NCBI RefSeq assembly: GCF_009914755.1
Contig: NC_060938.1
DNA length: 64,000 nucleotides
Origin: the human T2T-CHM13v2.0 reference genome, Homo sapiens
Reading direction: 5' to 3' (one strand)
Below, one piece after another: positions 57,169 through 64,000 of the stretch. How positions within the stretch are numbered: the stretch's first letter is position 1; each line of letters starts with the position of its first letter. The position numbers were made by a program, and so were the translations under genes. The notes under the pieces were generated by a model. The model worked only from the letters and a program-made list of their open reading frames with translations. It was not told the origin of the DNA and did not search any database.

Positions 57169-58061
57169 GCTTCTGGTTTGGCTCTTGCTCGGTGGGCTGC
57201 ACCCACTGTCCTGCACCCACTGTCCGACACACCCCAGTGAGATGAACCCGGTACCTCAGTTGGAAATGCAGAAATCACCCTTCTTCTGTGTCGCTCACGC
57301 TGGGAGCTGTAGACTGGAGCTGTTCCTATTTGGCCATCTTGGAACTGCCCTCAGAGTTCTGAATCTTCTCATACTTAGCTCCTAATTACATTGCAGGAAC
57401 ATACACAGAATAGTACCGTATACTGGCACTTGGTTGATAGCATTTCTCTCTACAGTGGGTTCCTCTCTTCTCTTGACAGAGCGTCTGTGTTCAGGAACAT
57501 AGGTTGCACCAGTAAGATAATCACTAGGAGTAGTGAAAGAGGGAAGTAAAATTTGCCAGAAATGAAGTCATTGTGAAATACCCAATACACCTTTGTTTTG
57601 CAATAGAAATCTGCATTTATATAAAGTTTCTTTTTAAATGGAGAATTTTAAAAGATATGTTTAAAGATTTTTAAGATAGTTTTTGAGGACATGCTTGAAA
57701 AAGACCACATTATAACTATGAAGAAAAGATATTCAAGATCAATGCTCTTGGGTATCCCTTCCTTGCCTTTGGGGCGGTCAACCGGCCACAGGTGCATTGG
57801 GTACAAAGCACAGTACTGGTATTGGGTGAAATTCCAAAGAAAGTAGAAGTGTTATGATTTTTTTTAGGACCTTAAAACCCACACCAATTGAGATTTTCTC
57901 TTATGTGTTAGTGGTTGCTAGTGGCTGACTCACAGAATGCTTAGATCTAGTGGGCTGGATGAATATGGTGTTTTTTGGTGGCTTCAAAGAGAATGAAAAG
58001 TCTGGAGAAATCATCTTTCCCAGATTTAATATAGTTTATGACCCATGGTACTATCTAATGA

Positions 58062-58268
58062 AAGCTTGTTTAACCTGCAGCCTGTGGGCCACATGCTTCC
58101 CAGGCAGCTTTGAATGTGGCTCAACACAAATCTGTAAACTTCCTTAAAACATTAGGATTTTTTTTTTAAGCTCATCAGCTATCATTAGTATTAGTATGTT
58201 TTATGTGTGGCCCAAGACAATTCTTCTTCAAATGTGACCCAGGGAAGCCAAAAGATTGGACACCCCTG
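58062..58268 (-). mobile_element. MER30 (hAT-Charlie)
   Basis: TGTGTGGCCCAAGACAATTCTTCTTC..ATGTG.CCCAGGGAAGCCAAAAGATTGGACACCCCTG. Confidence 0.9.
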
Positions 58269-60081
58269 GTGTAAAGGTAGCCCAAAGTAAGTATATTGGA
58301 AAATCCTTCACTTCAATGAAATTATTGGAAGTGGTGGTCAATTTCATTACCTGCTTTTGTTTTTAAATACTTTCTCACGTTTGGTGGTTTAATGGCAAGT
58401 GGTTGTGAAGGACTGAATGAAAATGTCTACCTTCTGGGAAATGACTTTGGATTGGGTCCCTCCCACCCCTTCTATTCAAATCTCTATGAATCCAAAATTG
58501 TTAATGAAGGAACATTCCAGGTGGCAATGCTTCTCACCCATTTCTTTAGCATCTTTCCCACCAGGAGCATGAAGACCAGGCTCTGACCCTGTCAGTAACT
58601 TCTCTGTGTGCTTGTTTAATTAATTAAAGACTGTAGGTATATCACAGCCTCTGAATTTGGCTTAATAGCCTTAATTATGCAGGAATACACTGTGTAAATT
58701 AGTACACACCAGACATGACATAATTACCAGGGCAGGGTGGACAGCATTTTGTTGAAGTGCTGCTTTAAATGACTCATTTCAATGCTGAAAATGTATTTTT
58801 TTTGTATTTGAGAGCTAATGTAGTGAATTGTTCTTTCCGAAATCTGGCTCCAATTGCTTTAAAAAGCCAGGTAGGAGGAAAATAATAAATTCTGTGTCTT
58901 CTGGGATAAAAACCACATTTTGTATTATACTGCTGGGCAGCACAATCACTGTAATTCTGGAAGGTTGCTATTACTGTATGAGCAAACTTTTTTTTTTTGT
59001 ATTACTACTGTTTATTTTAATGCAGGGGCATGTTCTCTAGTAGACACATAATGAAAATGGCCTTGTATTAAAATTGTTTACCTGCTGTTTGCTGAGAGGA
59101 GTTGTAAAATTGGAAATAGAAAAGACTTCCTATGTCACCTAGCCCATCCCAGGAAGGGCAAAGAAAAAGATTACATCCTAATGCAGCTTTTCTTGGGGAG
59201 TCCAAAATAGGCCACTGTCTTCACATGCCTCACGGAGTAATTTCTCGGAGGCAGGATGAGATTGTTTGTGTCAACTCAGGAGGAAAAACAGTATTTCTAC
59301 AAATGTTGAAAAAGAGGGGTAGCAATTTATTGACAAATTTATTGACTGAGGTCCCATGTTTGAGGACTTTAAGATCAAAAGAAATTTGTAACATTCCCTA
59401 AATTGATTGTGCTGAATTATGCAATCAAATCAAGTAGGGTTTTCCTACTAATGTATCCAGTTATGTGGGTCAGTACATAAACATTGAGAGGAAAATGATA
59501 TTCTCTCTGGAGATAAAATGTAATATAACAATGGCTTGTTGAATTTTACTTGAATTTTACTACTTCTCCTTTCCTTCCTAAATTTTCCAGAGGCAATGAG
59601 AAGAAGCAAGAAATGGCAAAAATGTACATAAAATCAGGAAGAAGCTGATGAGACATAAGAGGCCTAGATAATTTACATTAGAAATGAACCCCTTATCCCT
59701 CAAAGGTTGAAGTGACATTGTAGTAATAAAGCTGAATTCGCCCTTGGCAAAGTTGTGGAGCAGTCCTTGTTGTCGCCTCTCCTGGTTTTGGAGACATTTC
59801 CATCTTTTTCTCCACCCTTTCTCTCTCCTGTTAGTCCCCACCTACCCCCTGCTTTTCCACCCTGGGACCCAAGAACCCCGGAACCCCACCTAGTCAGCCA
59901 GAATATTCACCAAACTAAATTGGAAAGAAACTGATGTTGGCTATTTGCTCATTTACTTTATAATTTCAGCTTCTCATTTTGGCACACCCCTTCTGTCAGA
60001 CAGACCTCCATTGTGATTAGAGAAGCTCTTACTTAGCAAGTCTTTGTCACTTGAGAATTTCAAGGGCCTTCATACTGTGAC

Positions 60082-60598
60082 TGTGGTCAGCAGCTGCTAA
60101 TATGGCCCCTAGTGATCCCTACTTCCTGGTGTTTGTCCCTGTGTGTCATTCCTTCCGCTTGAGTGTGGCTGGAACTAGTGACTTGCTTCTAACAAATAGA
60201 ATATGACAAATATGATGAGATACCACTTCTGAGATTAGGTTGCAAAAAGACCATGGCTTCTTTTTTAGGCTCTCTCTTACTCTCTCACTGGCTTGCTCTG
60301 TCTGAGGGAGACTGGCTGTCATTTTGAGTTGTCCTATGGAAGGGAACAGAAGGAAGCCTTTGACCAACAGCCAGTGAAGAGCCAAAGCATGCTAATGACA
60401 TGACTAAGCTTAGAAGCTGATCCTCCTCTGTTAAACCTTCAGATGAGAACACAGACCTAAATGACAGCTTCCCTGGAATTTCATGAGAGACCTTGAGCCA
60501 GAGACATCCAGCTAAGCTATGCCCAGGTTCCTGACCCACAGAAAATGTGAGATAATAAATTTTCACTGTTTTCAGCTTCTAAATGTGGGAATGATAAA
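60082..60598 (+). mobile_element. MLT1E/F LTR
   Basis: TTGAGTGTGGCTGGAACTAGTGACTTGCTTCTAACAAATAGAATATG...TTCCTGACCCACAGAAAATGTGAGATAATAAA. Confidence 0.8.
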
Positions 60599-60919
60599 CA
60601 GTGAACTACCTCATTGATAACATAAATTTCAGTTAAAACGATAATTAAACTGAACTCAGACTAATGAGTCCTGGTGGTTGGAACACAGGGCTAATGAGGC
60701 TAAGTTTATAATTTTTGACCCACTTATGAAGCCAAGTAGTTGCTTAGCTTTTGTCCCGATCACAGGTTACACCACGTTAGGCTACATTATAAAGTTTACC
60801 TTTCATTCCAAGGGTATTTCCACATTTAGTTGACTGTGGAACAGTTTTTCAAGCAGAATTTCATGAAACTAGTGCTCTAAGGAACACAGTTGGGGAAACA
60901 TTGGCAAACTATTGTCTTT

Positions 60920-61330
60920 TGTTGGACATACAAATTGTTTGCAGTTTTTAGCCTTTATAAATAATTCTCATCTTGGAGAACATCTTGAATCATTTCCTAG
61001 AATACATCCCTAAAAGTAAAATGGCTGGATAAAATAGCGTAAATTTTTTATATAAATTCTCAAATTACTCTTCAGAAACATTACACCAATTTTTTATTTC
61101 AATCTTAGTGTGTTTTCCTCAAACCCTAACATTGGAAATTATTTTAAAATATTTGTCAATTTGATGGGTGAAAACTATATCATGTATTTTATAATATATT
61201 TTATGTTTTTGACTACTAATGTAATTAAACATTACACTTTTCTTTGGCAAATTGCTTATTTTTGTTCATCTTTGCTCATCTTTCTATTCATGTGCTTGGC
61301 TTTCTTCGTTATTGTGTGGAAGTTTTTAAT
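60920..61330 (-). mobile_element. Decayed L1ME fragment
   Basis: CCTAAAAGTAAAATGGCTGGAT...TTGTCAATTTGATGGGTGAAAA. Confidence 0.5.
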
Positions 61331-61494
61331 ATGATTTCATGTGAATATAGTGCTTTGAAGCCAAATAGCAGGGTAAGAGTTTGGAGAACCAACAAAGGAC
61401 AGAGGTTGGGGGCACATTATTTTAGACAGCATGGTTGGTAAGACTACTCAGAAGAGGTGACATTTGTTTGTCGGAAATACCTTTTATTTGCTTC

Positions 61495-61962
61495 CGTGCA
61501 GGAGATTGTGCATTTGCCCCTCTAGGTTCACTCTCTGCCCTTCCCACAGAGCTCCTCTCTGGGAGGCTGGCCCATAGACACTGCGACAAACACTTTCTCT
61601 GGCTTCTCATTGGGCTTAGCAAATGAGGAGCCCAGCAGGAGATCAGAGGGTGGAAGGAGAGTGAGACTGGGATATTTCTTTCTCTGCTCCACTCTCCTCA
61701 GTGGTCACCTTGGCTGATTGTAGTCCTTGACTGAAGGTCATTTCTTCTCCCAAGGTAGCTCTTTCTAAATGACCCTCTCATTCTTGGTTCCAGCAGCCAC
61801 GCTATCCCTTCATCCCCCAGCTCTAAAAATAGTAGCAGTTCCATCTCTTGTAGTTTACCCAACCCCAAGCACGCCTTTATCACTAGTCCTTTGCAAATAT
61901 ACTATCTTTAAATTATCCTAATTTGAGTGTGCCATCTGTTTTCCTTTTGGATCCTGTACTGG
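61495..61962 (+). mobile_element. LTR33 (ERVL)
   Basis: GAGCCCAGCAGGAGATCAGAGGGTGGAAGGAGAGTGAG...TTTGAGTGTGCCATCTGTTTTCC. Confidence 0.7.
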
Positions 61963-61965
61963 AAA

Positions 61966-62205
61966 CTGTTGGCACCCCACCCAGATCCCTTCTACCAGGC
62001 CAGTGTACCTGTCTTCCTGCTACTGTGACTGTTGGCTGCTTATGGCTTACAGTTGCACTCTTCTCCAGAGAATTGCCTTTGGCCCCTGGGAGCCACCTTG
62101 CTCAGAAATGCTTGGGAAGTTAGGCCCTCCTACCCTGGGGGCAGCCTGCAGTCAATGCTGACTGATTGGAGGGACAGGGATACAAAAGCCTAAGCCCTTA
62201 GCCAA
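61966..62205 (+). mobile_element. LTR16B-like fragment
   Basis: GGCACCCCACCCAGATCCC...CTCCAGAGAATTGCC...GGGGGCAGCCTGCAGTCAATG...TACAAAAGCC. Confidence 0.6.
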
Positions 62206-62209
62206 GGTA

Positions 62210-64000
62210 ACTTGAGAAAAGAACAAAATGTGATGAATCATTTTACCAGATTCTCGGCAGTAATACGAAACCTCATTTAAAACTGTGAGGTACTTTCCCA
62301 GCTAGACAAATTGACTGACAAAGAAGAGACAGAAGACAGACCATTGTATACTTGGGAGTTTTTTATATGAGAAAGGGGATAAAATCATCAATAAATGATG
62401 CTGAGGAACTTGGCCATTATATAGTACAAGATAAAATGAGATTGCTATATCACATCATTCACAAAAATACATTCCAGATAGCTTAAAGACCTAAATGTGA
62501 TCAGCAAAGCTCTAAAACTTTCAACCAAAAAATGGGAGAATATTTTTATGCCTTTAGTAAAATATATTTTTAATTGACCAATAGAAATTGCATATATTTA
62601 TATACTTATTGTGTACAACATTGTTTTGAAATACGTATACATTGTGGAATGGCTCATTTGAGCTAATTAACACATACATTACATCATGTACTTATCATTT
62701 TTTGTGGTAAAAACAATCTAGTCAGTGATTTTCAAAATGTTATTAACTATACAACCATATTGTACAATAGCTCTCTTGAACTTACTCCTAAGATATAATT
62801 CTTAGAGAAAGCACGAAAGGAAAAATTAATACATTCTGATACACTGAAACATAAAACTTCTGTATAAAAGGGGACAGAGATGAAAATAAAAGTCATAGAC
62901 TGAGAAAAGACACTTGCAACTCATATTACCAATGAAATATTAATACGCAGAATATATAAAATGCTCTTAGAAATCAATAATATCAGATATAAATATTGTT
63001 AAAATATATAATGGTAAACTGACAGAGGAAGATAGATGGCTGATATGGTTTGGCTTTGTGTCCCCACCCAAATCTCACCTTGAATTCTAATAATCCCCAT
63101 GTGTCATGGGAGGGAGCCTGTGGGAGGTAATTGAATCATGGGGCGGGTTTTTCCCATGCTGTTCCCTTGATAGTGAATAAGTCTCATGAAATCTGATGAT
63201 TTTATAAACAGCAGTTCCCCTCACATGCTCTCTCTTGTCTGCTGCCATGTAAGACATGCCTTTCTCCTCATTCACCTTCTGCCATGATTGTGAGACCTCC
63301 CCAGCCATGTGGAACTATGAGTCCATTAAATTTCTTTTTCTTTATAAATTACTCAGGCTCAGGTGTGTCTTTATTAGCAGTGTGAAAATGAACTAATACA
63401 ATGGCCAATAAATATATGTAAAGATGTCCAACTTCTTTAGTACTTAGGAAATGTAAATTAAAACAAGGACAAAACATTTTATATTTACAAATTTATTAAG
63501 TTTGATAATATTCACTGTTGGTGATAATGCAAACAAAACAAGAACTCCAAGGCGTGGTTGCAGGGACGGAAAATAAGTATAAACACTTTGGAAAGCTATG
63601 TTGGAACTACCAAGTAAGGTTGACAATGCATATTCTCCATAGCCCAACAGTTCTTCTTCTGGGAGCTTCTCAGGGAGAAACTCTTGTTCAAGGAGACATA
63701 TACAAAGATGTATATTTTTGAGTTGTTAATTGTTACAAGGCTAAGAAAATCTTATTGTCAAACAGCAGGGGGATGAAAAAATACACTGTTGTTTGTTGGT
63801 CCAGCAGAATGCCTAAAATGAAAATGAATGAATTGGATTTGAATGTATCAACATAGCAAGTCTCAGAGATATAATGTTGTGGCTAAAAAAAAAAAAAGTT
63901 GAATATAGAGTATCAAACATTTAGGAAGTTTATCCAAAGGAAAGAAATAAACATATATGAGTATGATAATACTTATTTCAGAAAAAGGGTTACTTCTGAG
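62210..64000 (+). mobile_element. Old L1M ORF2/3' region, with an L1MA 3' end (-) at about 62565-62790 and a THE1 insertion
   Basis: TCAATAAATGATGCTGAGG...CACATCATTCACAAAAAT...ATGGCCAATAAATATATG.AAAGATG. Confidence 0.65.
63041..63400 (+). mobile_element. THE1B/C solo LTR
   Basis: TGATATGGTTTGGCT...AACTAATACA, 360 bp. Perfect 5-bp TSD ATGGC at 63036-63040 and 63401-63405. Confidence 0.95.

Overview
This is primate (human-like) non-coding DNA, intronic or intergenic. I found no recognisable host protein-coding exon, RNA gene or CpG island, and I could not identify the locus. Roughly half the window is interspersed repeats: about 16 Alu/FLAM elements, MIRs, L2, many old L1M/L1PA fragments, MaLR and ERVL LTRs (MLT1, MLT2, MSTA, THE1, LTR16, LTR33) and hAT/mariner fossils (MER5, MER30, MER81, Arthur1, MER97-like, MADE1). 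The largest element is a 5'-intact L1PA4-6-like LINE-1 on the minus strand (52019-57352, 17-bp TSD). Its ORF1 and ORF2 are dead and ORF2 has a ~0.8 kb deletion with a templated filler, but the antisense ORF0 is still open. Repeat-poor islands (about 0.65-3.5, 8.1-8.4, 20.5-22.7, 27.5-28.4, 43-47.8 and 58.6-59.0 kb) carry clustered transcription-factor motifs and look like candidate enhancers or a promoter, with one good CTCF core at 3421. The most notable sequence-level observations are an apparent L1 3' transduction (16255-16886), the intact ORF0, and several templated-insertion repair scars. I found no firm evidence of a wholly new biological system. Repeat subfamily names come from my recall of consensus sequences and need RepeatMasker/Dfam confirmation; boundaries without TSDs are approximate.
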